A stretch of DNA of 60,310 bases from Nanobdellota archaeon (GCA_021818475.1 JAKADZ010000004.1:1-60310), one strand, 5' to 3'; positions 31,048 through 41,014 are shown, numbered from the stretch's first letter. Numbers and translations: made by a program. Notes: generated by a model from the sequence alone, not told the origin.

Positions 31048-31812
31048 ATGAATAAGTCAATTCTTGATGAAATAAGGAAAAAAAGAGAATTCTCCCAACT
31101 TCCCGAAATTGACATAAAAATGGCTTATGAACAATTTGAAAAAAAACAAATAACCGATGATGAAAAAATAAAACTTACAAAAGAGTTATTAAGAAAAATT
31201 TTCAGCGCTTTTGTCAGCAAGAAACTTTTATCCCCAAAAAATAAAGACCCTGAATGGATTCTTAGAAAACATATTTCCACGAAGGAAAGAATGCCATTTT
31301 ACAAAGAAATTTATAAAAGAATTTTCAGGGAAATTAAAAAAGCGAGTGTGATTGACTTAGGTGCAGGAATAAACGGATTTAGCTACAAGTTTTTCAAAGA
31401 GGAAGAACTTGAAATAGATTATACTGCGATTGAATCTGTCGGGCAATTAGTTGAACTTATGAATTTTTATTTTAAAAAAAATAAATTAAATGGAAAATCT
31501 TTTCATCTTAGCTTATTTGAATCCGAAAAAGTGAAAAAAATAATTTTAAAAGAGAAGAAACCAAGAATTATTTTTTTATTTAAGGTTATTGATGCGCTGG
31601 AATCGCTAAAGAGAGATTATTCAAAAGAATTAATTCAAAATCTTTCAAAAATTTCTGATAAAATTGTCGTGAGTTTTCCAACAAAAAGTTTGGGCAGCCG
31701 GCAAAAGTTTAAAGCAAACAGAAACTGGATAAGTGAATTTATTTATGAAAATTTCATAGTCTCTGATGATTTTGAACTTGGTGGTGAAAGATATTTGATT
31801 TTCAACAGGTAG
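31048..31812 (+). CDS. Arm/Rmt/FmrO-like SAM-dependent rRNA methyltransferase
   Basis: HISTKER, IDLGAGING, VVSFPTKSLG motifs. Confidence 0.75.
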   Translation: MNKSILDEIRKKREFSQLPEIDIKMAYEQFEKKQITDDEKIKLTKELLRKIFSAFVSKKLLSPKNKDPEWILRKHISTKERMPFYKEIYKRIFREIKKASVIDLGAGINGFSYKFFKEEELEIDYTAIESVGQLVELMNFYFKKNKLNGKSFHLSLFESEKVKKIILKEKKPRIIFLFKVIDALESLKRDYSKELIQNLSKISDKIVVSFPTKSLGSRQKFKANRNWISEFIYENFIVSDDFELGGERYLIFNR

Positions 31813-31894
31813 GTTTTTAGAAAAAAAGAAACTATAAGGGTAAAAAACTAAGATAATTCTAGGAAAAAAGTTTTATAAATTCCCTCTTCTTTTT

Positions 31895-33103
31895 TTGGTT
31901 ATGGTTAACAAATTCTACCGAAAAATATTATCAAACGGCATGACCGTTTTTTTTGAAAAAAGAGACCTCCCAATAGTCTCTGTTGTATTCGCGGTAAGGA
32001 ATGGGGGGATTAACGAATCTACCAAGGAAAAAGGCATTTCTCATCTTATTGAACACATGCTTTACAAAGGAACCCCAACAAGAAATTCAAGAAAAATTGC
32101 CGAAGAAATAGAAAAAAACGGAGGAGAACTTAATGGATTTACCGATGAGACAATTACCGCTTTTTGGTGCAAAATGCCAAGCGTTCATTTTAATCTTGCC
32201 CTTGATGTTTTAAGCGATATGATAAAAAATCCCCTCTTTGACGAGAAAGAATTAGAAAAAGAAAGGAAAGTAATTTTTGAAGAAATTAAAATGAGAAAAG
32301 ATAATCCTGCAATTTATTGCTTGGATACTATTCAGAAAGAATTATACACCGGGACTCTGGGGGAAAATTTAATCGGGACTTACGAAACGCTTAAGTCCAT
32401 AGACCGAAAAAAACTTTTTGAAAAATTTGAGCAGATATATCAGCCAAACAATATGATTTTTGGAGTTGTTGGAGATGCAAATTTTGAGGAAATTATTAAA
32501 TTTGCAGAAAAAAATTTTGGGAAAAAGAAAGGGGCGGTTCCTAAACAAAAATTCGGAATTAAAAATGAACATAAAACAGAAAAAAGAAACGGAATTGATC
32601 AAGCTAATCTTGTGTTTGCTTATCATGTTCCATTAGCAGGAGATAAAAAAAGTTATGCAGCAGAAGTTTTGGGGACTTTGATTGCAGGGGGAATGTCTTC
32701 AAGGCTGTTTGGAGAAATAAGAGATAAACGAAATTTAGCTTATTCAATCAGAGGAGATTCCAACATCACCAAATTTTTTGCATATAACACAATTTATGTC
32801 GGAACCACGAAAGAAAATGTCGAGCTAATAAAAAAAATAATTTTGAAAGAATTTGATGAAATTTCAAAAGATTTAACTGAAAAAGAACTGAATCAGATAA
32901 AAGAGCAGATTATCGGGAATTATCACATAGGAATGGAAGATTCACAGTCTCAACTTGTTAACCTGCTGATTAATGAAATAGACGGCAATGCACGGGATTT
33001 TTATGATTATGAGAAAAATATCCGCGCTGTAAAACTTGAAGATGTCAAGAAATTAGCAAGGATAAAAAAATACAGCTTTATTGCACTTGTTCCAAATGAT
33101 TAA
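31895..33103 (+). CDS. M16 family zinc peptidase
   Basis: HLIEH (HxxEH), GGMSSRLF.EIR..RNLAY. Confidence 0.93.
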   Translation: MVMVNKFYRKILSNGMTVFFEKRDLPIVSVVFAVRNGGINESTKEKGISHLIEHMLYKGTPTRNSRKIAEEIEKNGGELNGFTDETITAFWCKMPSVHFNLALDVLSDMIKNPLFDEKELEKERKVIFEEIKMRKDNPAIYCLDTIQKELYTGTLGENLIGTYETLKSIDRKKLFEKFEQIYQPNNMIFGVVGDANFEEIIKFAEKNFGKKKGAVPKQKFGIKNEHKTEKRNGIDQANLVFAYHVPLAGDKKSYAAEVLGTLIAGGMSSRLFGEIRDKRNLAYSIRGDSNITKFFAYNTIYVGTTKENVELIKKIILKEFDEISKDLTEKELNQIKEQIIGNYHIGMEDSQSQLVNLLINEIDGNARDFYDYEKNIRAVKLEDVKKLARIKKYSFIALVPND

Positions 33104-33133
33104 AGTTAAAAACTCTTTTTCTTAACAAATTAT

Positions 33134-33934
33134 ATGTTTATCGTCAAGGTTCCAGGAATTAACGGGCTTGGAAAAACAAAAGGATGTGAAAGAGCCGGAA
33201 ATGCTATTTTGGAATCTTTAAAAGAAATTTACAGCAGTGAAGAAGGGAAACCCCTTGATGTTAATTTACTGGATCTTGAAGAAATTCATCTTGATAATTC
33301 AAATCTTGAATTAAGCAATAAACTTATTTACGAAAATTCCCTGGAAATTTTTGAGAGTAAACCGCAAACTATTTTTCTTGGGGGAGATCACTCCATCTCT
33401 TATTCGACAACAAAAGCCTTTCTACACTACTGCAAAATAAAAAAGAAAAAACCTTGTTTAATTATTTTTGATGCTCATCCTGACTGTATGGAACCGATGG
33501 AAGAACCGACTCATGAGGAATGGGTCAGAAAAATAGTTGAAGAAGGATTTCCAAAAGAAAATATTTTAATTGTCGGGGCGAGAAATTCACATAAAGATGA
33601 GATTGCTTTTTTGAAAGAAAATAAAATAAGAACCGTATCCATGAACGCTCTTACTGAAGATTTGAGAGATATGTGCGATACAATTATGGAATTTTCCAAC
33701 GGCAAGGAACTTTATGTTTCAATTGATGCGGATGTTATTGACCCTGCTTTTGCTCCTTCTACCGGATACCCTGAAGCAGGAGGGCTCACAAGCAGACAAT
33801 TTATTTACCTTATTCAGAGAATTAAGAAAATAAAAAATCTCAGAGCAGTAGATCTTGTAGAAATTAATGAGAAAAATGATAAAGACCGGACAACAGTCAA
33901 ATTAGGTGCTAAAATTCTTGCTGAATTAATATGA
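33134..33934 (+). CDS. arginase/agmatinase family ureohydrolase
   Basis: GGDHS, DAHPD, SIDADVIDP, DLVEIN. Confidence 0.92.
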   Translation: MFIVKVPGINGLGKTKGCERAGNAILESLKEIYSSEEGKPLDVNLLDLEEIHLDNSNLELSNKLIYENSLEIFESKPQTIFLGGDHSISYSTTKAFLHYCKIKKKKPCLIIFDAHPDCMEPMEEPTHEEWVRKIVEEGFPKENILIVGARNSHKDEIAFLKENKIRTVSMNALTEDLRDMCDTIMEFSNGKELYVSIDADVIDPAFAPSTGYPEAGGLTSRQFIYLIQRIKKIKNLRAVDLVEINEKNDKDRTTVKLGAKILAELI

Positions 33935-34455
33935 AAAGAACTTTCATCGCAATTGATATCCCTGAAAACATAAAAAAAGAAATTGTCAAGATTCAGAAAC
34001 AAATCCCCTCATTTAATGGAAAATTAACTGAATATGAAAATCTGCATCTTACTTTAAAATTTCTCGGAGAAATTGATGAAAAGGTAATTGAAGAAATCAG
34101 AAAAAAATTGAGAGAATTAAAATTTACGAAATTTAATGTACAAATAGACAAGTTAGGTTTTTTTAGGAAAGAACATGGGGCAATTGTATGGCTTCATCTG
34201 GCAAATTGTGATGAATTGCAAAAAGAAATTGACAAAAAACTTGAAGGATTATTTGAATCTGAAAAAAGATTTATGAGCCATCTGACTATTGCCCGGGTAA
34301 AATCTGTCAATGTTAAAAATAACTTTTTTTCAGAAATTGAAAAAATAAAATTTATTCCCCTGAACTTTGAGGTAAATGAATTCGTCTTAAAAGAATCTAT
34401 TTTGGATCGTAAAGGACCAAGCTATAAAGATATTGAAAGGTATAAATTAGAATAA
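33931..34455 (+). CDS. thpR: RNA 2',3'-cyclic phosphodiesterase (2H family)
   Basis: RTFIAI, HLTLKFLG, HLTIAR. Confidence 0.93.
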   Translation: MKRTFIAIDIPENIKKEIVKIQKQIPSFNGKLTEYENLHLTLKFLGEIDEKVIEEIRKKLRELKFTKFNVQIDKLGFFRKEHGAIVWLHLANCDELQKEIDKKLEGLFESEKRFMSHLTIARVKSVNVKNNFFSEIEKIKFIPLNFEVNEFVLKESILDRKGPSYKDIERYKLE

Positions 34456-34483
34456 TTTTATTTGTGAAAACTTTTTTGTTATC

Positions 34484-34610
34484 GTTCCCGTCCACCCGCC
34501 CAAAGGGGAATTATTTATCACCCCTTTTTTAATTGAATCTTACATTAATTTTTTGCATCTTTCACTCTTTTTAGCGAAGCATCATGACAGAATCTGATGC
34601 ATAACAATTA
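34484..34610. repeat. degenerate A core plus element C in reverse orientation
   Basis: TTCCCGTCCACCCGCCCAAAGGGGAA; reverse complement reads GCATCAGATTCTGTCATGATGCTTCGCTAA...AAAAGGGGTGATAAAT. Confidence 0.65.
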
Positions 34611-34656
34611 AATTTGCGTTAGAAAGAATGTAAGCGAGGCGAAGCCGAGCGATAAT

Positions 34657-35346
34657 TTAATATTCTTCCCCAACAAGTTTGAAAATCTCTGCTTTTTTTC
34701 CAATCTCTTTTTCAAGTTCTTCAATAGGTGCATTAATCACATTTTTTAATGAGCCAAATTTTTCCAAAAGTTTTTTTGCAGTTTTCGGGCCGATGCCAGG
34801 GAATCCTTCAAGAATAAACTGCATTTGCTCTTTTTTGTCCAAACTTTTTTTAGTTACATTTAATGAAGATTCTGTCTGTTTTTTTACTGCAAGAAGATAA
34901 ATAAATTTTGCACTGTCTTCTGCATTTTTTGTGAATATAATAGGAACTTTCCATCTTAATGCAATTGAAAGAAGAAAACCTCTGATGGCATTTGAAGAAA
35001 CTCCCCTCTCTGAATCATCTGAATACAATTCATGCTCTTCGACCCCTTCAATTAAGAGTAATTTATTTTCATACTGCTGAAGTTCCTCAAGCTGTTTTAC
35101 TAACCTTCTGTTTATCATTGAAGAAATAAAATCTGAAACGGTTTTTCTCTCAATTGCAACATTATTTACAATATAATCCCCAACTTTTAATTCTATAAAC
35201 TCAATTTCCAATCCAAGATGAATCAGCTCGGAGGCAACAAAAGAATTTTTTTCACGATAATCAATAATAATTTTTTGAGCCTGAATTTTTTTAGGCTCTT
35301 CTTTTTTTGTTTTGGAAAAAATATCCAATAAGGGTTTTGACTGCAT
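34657..35346 (-). CDS. ERCC4/XPF nuclease with HhH (Hef nuclease half); likely start MQSKP at 35346
   Basis: IDYRE, GDY, ERKT..DF..S, FPGIGPKTA; the longer ORF start (35403) lies inside a repeat element. Confidence 0.9.
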   Translation of the reverse strand: MQSKPLLDIFSKTKKEEPKKIQAQKIIIDYREKNSFVASELIHLGLEIEFIELKVGDYIVNNVAIERKTVSDFISSMINRRLVKQLEELQQYENKLLLIEGVEEHELYSDDSERGVSSNAIRGFLLSIALRWKVPIIFTKNAEDSAKFIYLLAVKKQTESSLNVTKKSLDKKEQMQFILEGFPGIGPKTAKKLLEKFGSLKNVINAPIEELEKEIGKKAEIFKLVGEEY

Positions 35347-35347
35347 T

Positions 35348-37102
35348 TTACAACGTTTCCTGCTTTTCAGTTTTAATTTTTCCTTCTTCATAATTTCGCT
35401 CATTTATTCCCGCCCAACTCGAGCATTCACTCGTTATTCCCCCCCTCCCACCCATAGGGGAAAATTTTTGTCCTCGTGAAAACTCTCTGCTCGAGCCCCC
35501 ACTCGTTGCAGTTGAATTTTTTTCCTGCACTCGTGAAAACTCTCGCCCATCCTCAAGGGAATTTTTTCTATTCGCGAAATCATTTAACATTTCTTCTTTT
35601 ATGTCCTCAATTGTTTTTTGCATTTTCTTTTCTTTTGCATTTGCCACATAATAAAAAGTTTCATCTCTTGTTCCCTTTGTTATTAACATTATCAGTTTTC
35701 CTGAAATCAATCTGGCTGTTCTTCCACTTCTCTGAATTTTTCGTATTGCTGAAGGAACTGATTCATAAAAAATGACCATATTAACCTCCGGTATATCCAG
35801 CCCTTCTTCCCCTATTGAGGTTGCACAGAGAATATTTATTTCTCCGGAAGAAAATTCTTCTATTATTTTTTTTTGTTCTTTTTGGCTCAATCCTGTTTCT
35901 CCCTTCACCCCTGTTTTTTTTGCCTGACCTACAAAAACTTTAGAATTTACTCCTTTGATTTCATTTAATCTTTTAGAGATTATTGATGCAGTATTTCTAA
36001 ACTGAGTGAAAACAATAATTTTTATCTTTTCATTTTTTGAACTTTCTTCTTTTACCAAATTAACCAGCTCTTCTATTTTTGGATGCTCCAATCCTTTTGC
36101 AAGCACTTCATTTGAACGAATATAAACTGAATTAAATTCTGGACGGCCTACTAATTTTATCACCCCTCTGCTTTTTTTGTCAGCGGCCTGTTTAAACAGA
36201 TCTTTCATATATTCATTAAAACTTGAAAGAGTCTGGGTTTCCAGAAGTTCCAATGCATGCTGAATTTTTATTGCACTTGAACAGGCACTTACCGCAAGCA
36301 TATAATTAAAATTTTTTTCTCGGGAGATAATTGCCATCAATTTTTTCTGAATTTCAATCAATCCTCCCTTGGATGAATTCCCCCACATCATCCCCCTTGT
36401 TTTCAATTCCTGAATATAAGAATCAAAAAGTTTTTTCATATTTTCCCTCATAAAATCGAATTCTTCCGGAAGTTCAACAATTCTTTTTTCAAACTTTAAC
36501 TCCTGAATATATTTTTTTACATCATCGCTGTCGCGGGTTTTTAATTCAACTTCTTCTATGGAAAGATTTCGACAGATTTCATTTATTTTTGCTTTATCAC
36601 TTCCAGGGGAAGCAGTAAGCCCCATTATTCTCTGATGTTTCGCATTTGAAGAATAATTTCTTGCAACAAAGTTATAATCATAATTTTTAATACAACGGTG
36701 AGCTTCATCTTCTATAAGAAGACAGACATCTGTCAGGTCATACAATTTTTTTTTCAGATCATTTGCAATGCACTGCGGAGTCGAAAAAATTATGTCGGAG
36801 TTCTGCCAGATTTTTTTCCTGTTTGCTGCATTTATTTCCCCTGTAAATAAACTCATCTCTGCAAATAATTCTGGAAGATGTTCGCTAAAAAATTTTATAT
36901 GCTGTTCAACCAATGGACGCGTTGGCGCAAGAAAAACAACTTTTTCCCCCGGAAATTTTTTCATTCTTTCTATTGCTACCATCAGGGCAATCAAAGTTTT
37001 TCCCAGCCCTGTCGGGAGAACTACTAAACAGTTTTTATCGATACATTTCTCAAAAATTTTTATCTGATATTCTCTTGGAGATATTTCTTTTAAAAAATCC
37101 AT
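35348..37102 (-). CDS. hef: Hef/FANCM-like DEAH helicase
   Basis: PTGLGKT, DEAH, TASPG, EEGLD, QRSGRTAR; repeat-derived insert in the C-terminal tail. Confidence 0.93.
   Translation of the reverse strand: MDFLKEISPREYQIKIFEKCIDKNCLVVLPTGLGKTLIALMVAIERMKKFPGEKVVFLAPTRPLVEQHIKFFSEHLPELFAEMSLFTGEINAANRKKIWQNSDIIFSTPQCIANDLKKKLYDLTDVCLLIEDEAHRCIKNYDYNFVARNYSSNAKHQRIMGLTASPGSDKAKINEICRNLSIEEVELKTRDSDDVKKYIQELKFEKRIVELPEEFDFMRENMKKLFDSYIQELKTRGMMWGNSSKGGLIEIQKKLMAIISREKNFNYMLAVSACSSAIKIQHALELLETQTLSSFNEYMKDLFKQAADKKSRGVIKLVGRPEFNSVYIRSNEVLAKGLEHPKIEELVNLVKEESSKNEKIKIIVFTQFRNTASIISKRLNEIKGVNSKVFVGQAKKTGVKGETGLSQKEQKKIIEEFSSGEINILCATSIGEEGLDIPEVNMVIFYESVPSAIRKIQRSGRTARLISGKLIMLITKGTRDETFYYVANAKEKKMQKTIEDIKEEMLNDFANRKNSLEDGREFSRVQEKNSTATSGGSSREFSRGQKFSPMGGRGGITSECSSWAGINERNYEEGKIKTEKQETL
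35390..35583. repeat. composite structured element (A containing D modules and a G4 core), in frame in hef
   Basis: ATAATTTCGC...GCGAAATCAT terminal IR; two D units; C7TC3AC3 at 35439-35453. Confidence 0.8.
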
Positions 37103-37118
37103 TTTATGATTCCACCCT

Positions 37119-37745
37119 TTAGACTATAAATATTGCAAATAACATTCCTACTAAAACAAGAGATGCCAGGAAGCTCCACATTATCTTGCTTCCAAAAAAG
37201 ATTTTATTCCCGTCTAAATCTGAAATCGGAAGGATGCTGAAAAAAGCATAATACATATTTAGTCTTGCAAATAATTCAAATCCAAGAAAATAACTTACCA
37301 CTGAAAGAATTAAATTGATTATAACTCCTGACGCAGCGATTAATCCTATATGATACTCGGTTACATCTGAAAAAGTATATAATCCAAATCTTTTGGCCGC
37401 CCTATAAGTTTTAGCTTTTACGTCAAATACAAGACTTGCCATCCAGACAAAACTGTTAAAGGGGAATAAAACTATCTTAGAGATTAAAGGCAGAAATGCT
37501 CCGATTAAGAACGGCTTTTTGTTTGAAGAGTATTTTCCTACTTCCCAGAATCTCATTTCAATTTCGGAATCAAGATTATATGCGATGAACTTTTTTGTCA
37601 CCACATTAAAAAAAACCACAAGCGCCATTCCAAGGACTATTGCAAAAATTAAACTCGTTCCCCTGATAATTTCAAAAAAACCTGCAGATACGCTTAATAT
37701 AATAATTGCAAGAACTATTGCAGATATCTCTTTTTTATTCACCAT
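37119..37745 (-). CDS. membrane protein, M50 peptidase-like fold lacking HExxH
   Basis: IAASGVIINL, FFSILPISDLDGNKI. Confidence 0.7.
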   Translation of the reverse strand: MVNKKEISAIVLAIIILSVSAGFFEIIRGTSLIFAIVLGMALVVFFNVVTKKFIAYNLDSEIEMRFWEVGKYSSNKKPFLIGAFLPLISKIVLFPFNSFVWMASLVFDVKAKTYRAAKRFGLYTFSDVTEYHIGLIAASGVIINLILSVVSYFLGFELFARLNMYYAFFSILPISDLDGNKIFFGSKIMWSFLASLVLVGMLFAIFIV

Positions 37746-37875
37746 CTAACTTTGAACACTGTTTTTTTTATAAATATTACTCTACAAGGAAATAATCTTA
37801 ATGGGTTAATCTATCTTTTCATTTTATATTTTTTATCATGGAAAACTATTTAAATAGGACATAAATAATTTCATT

Positions 37876-38151
37876 ATGAGAATAAAAAAGATTAGTGAAG
37901 TTATCGGAAACAAAGTTTATACTGATGGAGGAGACTTTTTTGGAGAGATTGAGGAAGTAAACCTTTCTGACAACCGAATTGACGGCTGGAGAATCAGAGT
38001 CGGAGGGAATGTCATTTCTATGGTAGGGGGGGCAAAAGGAGTCATAATTCCTCACCAATTTGTTAAGGCTGTTGGTGATGTATTCTTAATTAACAAAGCT
38101 GCTTTGCCAAATCCTGACTCTTCTTTGGAAGAGATACCTGAAGACTTATAA
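37876..38151 (+). CDS. PRC-barrel domain protein
   Basis: ISEVIGNKVYTDGGDFFGEIEE...IIPHQFVKAVGDVFLI. Confidence 0.88.
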   Translation: MRIKKISEVIGNKVYTDGGDFFGEIEEVNLSDNRIDGWRIRVGGNVISMVGGAKGVIIPHQFVKAVGDVFLINKAALPNPDSSLEEIPEDL

Positions 38152-38173
38152 ATACTAAAGATTTATTTTTTAT

Positions 38174-38680
38174 ATGGCAGATGTAATCTTTTTACAAAAT
38201 GATTTATTCACTAAATTTTTATTCCCTTTCTTACTAGCATTTTTTATAGTTTTTGCAATTCTTGAACGAACAAAACTTTTCGGAGAAGGAAAAAAACAAC
38301 TTAATGCTTTAACTGCATTTGTGATTGGTCTGATTTTTGTTACTGCAGTTTATCCTGTTCTTGTTGTAAATAATTTAATTTTATTCATGACTGTCGCACT
38401 TGTTGCGATTTTTGTAATTTTGATGATTTGGGGATTTATCATGGGGGATTACACTAAATTTCAGAGCAATAAAATCTTATCATGGATTTTAATTGTTATT
38501 GCAGGAGTTGCTTTTATTGCTGCAGTAATATGGGCAACAGGATGGTATAGTAATTTGGCTAACTTTTTTTCTAACACCGGATTAAGCCAGACTATCGCAA
38601 CGAATGCAGTTTTTGTAATTGTAATCGCAGTTGCACTTGCGTTAGTTCTTAAAGGTGCTAAAGAAGTGAAAAAAGGTTAA
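38174..38680 (+). CDS. membrane protein
   Basis: PFLLAFFIVFAILERTKLFG; paralog of the next gene. Confidence 0.8.
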   Translation: MADVIFLQNDLFTKFLFPFLLAFFIVFAILERTKLFGEGKKQLNALTAFVIGLIFVTAVYPVLVVNNLILFMTVALVAIFVILMIWGFIMGDYTKFQSNKILSWILIVIAGVAFIAAVIWATGWYSNLANFFSNTGLSQTIATNAVFVIVIAVALALVLKGAKEVKKG

Positions 38681-38707
38681 ATAGAAAATTAGAGGGAGAT
38701 ATCTTAT

Positions 38708-38864
38708 CAAAATTTTTTGATTAAAATTTATTTGTTAATGCAAATTAATTGCTCCGCGCCAGACTTCGTCAAGGCGTTTCGCTAAGGAAAAAGTTGTTAA
38801 TGCGCGAAATTTTTTTGACAGGGTTTAACGGGTTTTCTTTGAATATTTTAAAAAGAGGTGATAA
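38708..38864 (+). repeat. element C
   Basis: CTCCGCGCCAGACTTCGTCAAGGCGTT...AAAAGAGGTGATAA, also at 39735. Confidence 0.75.
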
Positions 38865-38902
38865 AAATTTATAATTTAATCCTGAACAAATCTTTACCTT
38901 GC

Positions 38903-38977
38903 AATTTTGTTTTTAATTCCCAACCCTCCCGCCCTCAAACGCCTTCGGCGTTTGCAAACATTTGTAAAAACAAAATT
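38903..38977. repeat. element B (G4 core + hairpin, 13-bp terminal IR)
   Basis: AATTTTGTTTTTA...CCCAACCCTCCCGCCC-T-CAAACGCCTTCGGCGTTTG...TAAAAACAAAATT. Confidence 0.8.
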
Positions 38978-39037
38978 AATCTTTTTAACAGACCGTTTTT
39001 ACGAAACATATTTAAATATTCTCTAATTAATTTACTC

Positions 39038-39607
39038 ATGAGTTTAGGGGTGATTTTTTTGCAGACTGCAAGTGCTTTCCCAAGTGGGGTTATCGGGGAG
39101 ATGCTTAACAAATGGGAACAGGCTGGATTTTTTAGTTATCTTCTTCCATTTCTTTTAATTTTTGCACTTGTGTTTGGAATTATGACTAAACTTGATATTT
39201 TTAAAGATAATAAAATGGTTAACGGAATTATTGCTTTATCCGTTGCTTTTATGTCCCTGCAATTTGATTTCGTTCCTACTTTTTTCTCTCAGATATTTCC
39301 AAGAATTGGTGTTGGCTTGGCAATAATTTTAGGAATTTTAATTATCGTCGGTCTTTTTGCAGATCCACAAAGCAGCGCAGTAAATTATGTCCTTTTGGGA
39401 ATAGGGGTTATAACTGTGGGAGCAATTATAATTCAATCTGCTGGAGCATTGGGGTGGCAGTCAGGACAATGGTGGGAAGATAATTGGCAGATGGTAGTCG
39501 GAGCAGTTTTCTTATTAATTTTAGTTATTGTAATTATTGGAAGCGGCAGCGGAGATAAAAACAAACAACAGACTCCTTCCTTTATTGGTCCTTGGGGACA
39601 GCATTAA
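39038..39607 (+). CDS. membrane protein; likely start ATG 39038
   Basis: LPFLLIFALVFGI; the upstream 60 codons of the listed ORF are elements C/B. Confidence 0.8.
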   Translation: MSLGVIFLQTASAFPSGVIGEMLNKWEQAGFFSYLLPFLLIFALVFGIMTKLDIFKDNKMVNGIIALSVAFMSLQFDFVPTFFSQIFPRIGVGLAIILGILIIVGLFADPQSSAVNYVLLGIGVITVGAIIIQSAGALGWQSGQWWEDNWQMVVGAVFLLILVIVIIGSGSGDKNKQQTPSFIGPWGQH

Positions 39608-39661
39608 TTTTTAATTAATTTTTTAAAATTAAATTATTTTTCTGACTTTAACTTTCACTAT

Positions 39662-39850
39662 TTCCCTCCCCCCCCCCCCCCCCCCGGAAAGAATATTGTA
39701 AAAATTTCTTTCAGAAATTTTTTGATTGATTTTACTCCGCGCCAGACTTCGTCAAGGCGTTCGCTTAAGAAAAATTATTAATTATAAAGAATTTTAACGC
39801 GGGGTTCAATTATTCAAAAATCTTGTTCAACTCAAAAAGAGGTGATAAAT
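39662..39850 (+). repeat. poly-C G4 core plus element C
   Basis: CCCT-C18-GGAAA, AAAAATTTCT-TTC-AGAAATTTTT, C hairpin, AAAAAGAGGTGATAA. Confidence 0.75.
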
Positions 39851-39919
39851 ATTTAAGAATTTATTTTCTTTCTTGGATACTGCTCATAATTTATCCATTT
39901 AGTTGTTTTTTCAGCAAAC

Positions 39920-40699
39920 CTATTTTTTAGAAATATTTCTCAGAGCTGAAAAATCATCCTGTTCTCCGCTTTGAGGATTTTGCGGAATCTGTTTTTTCAT
40001 TTCAGTTTGTTTTTGCGGAGAAATCATTTTTGAAAAAGAATCCTGCATCATGGACATTTCTTTTTTTATGCTATCAAGATTTTGCCCATAACTGCCGACT
40101 TTTTCAAGAATCGCAATCTGCAATTTATCCATTATAGATTCAATCTTTTTTAACCGTTCTGAAACATTGTCGACTTTATTCTGAACAAGAGAACTTGTTT
40201 CTGAATATGAATCAATCTGCTTTTGTATTTTTTTAATTTTCTCAGAAAATAACTGATCTGCAATTTCTATTATCGTATCTGTATCTGCTCCTGCTGACGG
40301 AGCGTATCCCTCCTGAGGATAATATTGTTCCTGCTGCGGCTGCTGCTGATAAGTTTGCTGCTGATAAGCCTGGGGTTGATATTGCTCCTGCTCTGCTGGT
40401 TGTTCCTCATATGTACTTGGCTGATAAGCCTGAGTTTGTGCAGAATATGTTGGGGCAGGTCTTGGAGTATACTGTTCTTCCTGCTCAATTGGTGCGGGGG
40501 TTTCATTTCCTTCCATTATTGAAGGCTGCATCTCTTCCCCCATTTCATTTCCTTCGGAAATTGCTTCTTTAATCTGGGCCTGTTTCATCGCATCATTGAT
40601 CTCACGTGGAGAAACTCCCTGTTCTGTAAGACTGTTAATTATTTCCTCATCAGAAACTCCCTGTCTCCTCATTTTTGTTATTTGATCTAATGTTCCCAT
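39920..40699 (-). CDS. hypothetical protein with Gln/Pro-rich linker and coiled coil
   Basis: 259-aa ORF with low-complexity YQQQ region. Confidence 0.8.
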   Translation of the reverse strand: MGTLDQITKMRRQGVSDEEIINSLTEQGVSPREINDAMKQAQIKEAISEGNEMGEEMQPSIMEGNETPAPIEQEEQYTPRPAPTYSAQTQAYQPSTYEEQPAEQEQYQPQAYQQQTYQQQPQQEQYYPQEGYAPSAGADTDTIIEIADQLFSEKIKKIQKQIDSYSETSSLVQNKVDNVSERLKKIESIMDKLQIAILEKVGSYGQNLDSIKKEMSMMQDSFSKMISPQKQTEMKKQIPQNPQSGEQDDFSALRNISKK

Positions 40700-40707
40700 G
40701 CGACTTA

Positions 40708-40763
40708 CTCGAGCCCCCGCTCATTGCATTTAAAATTTTCTTTGCATTCGCGAAAACTCTCGC
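40708..40763. repeat. element D, single copy
   Basis: CTCGAGCCCCCGCTCATTGCA...TGCATTCGCGAAAACTCTCGC. Confidence 0.75.
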
Positions 40764-40920
40764 CTCCGGTTTCTTGTGCATCAATTTTCCTCTGGGATAC
40801 TTGTTCAAAATTGATTTTCATGCTAAGGCACCTTTTTTATTTTTCATTATAATTTTAATGTTTAAATCTTTTTTAACTTTGTGATTATATTAACTTTGTT
40901 GAAAATCTTCTTATTCTTGC

Positions 40921-40994
40921 AATTTTGTTTTAATTCCCGACCCTCCCGCCCTCGGATGGCTTCGCCGTCCGCAAATATTTGTAAAAACAAAATT
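40921..40994. repeat. element B
   Basis: CCCGACCCTCCCGCCC-T-CGGATGGCTTCGCCGTCCG; stem covaries with the 38936 copy. Confidence 0.8.
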
Positions 40995-41014
40995 AGGTTT
41001 TTCAACAAAGCGGA

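Noticed and set aside
38858-39037. N-terminal 60 aa of the listed 249-aa ORF
   Set aside because: Starts at the GTG of element C and reads through element B; ATG 39038 fits the paralog better
39668-39685. C18 tract as a phase-variation switch
   Set aside because: Lies between convergent genes in the position of the G4 core; its length may also be a sequencing artefact
40290-40460. CTG-rich repeats
   Set aside because: Explained by the Gln-rich protein linker
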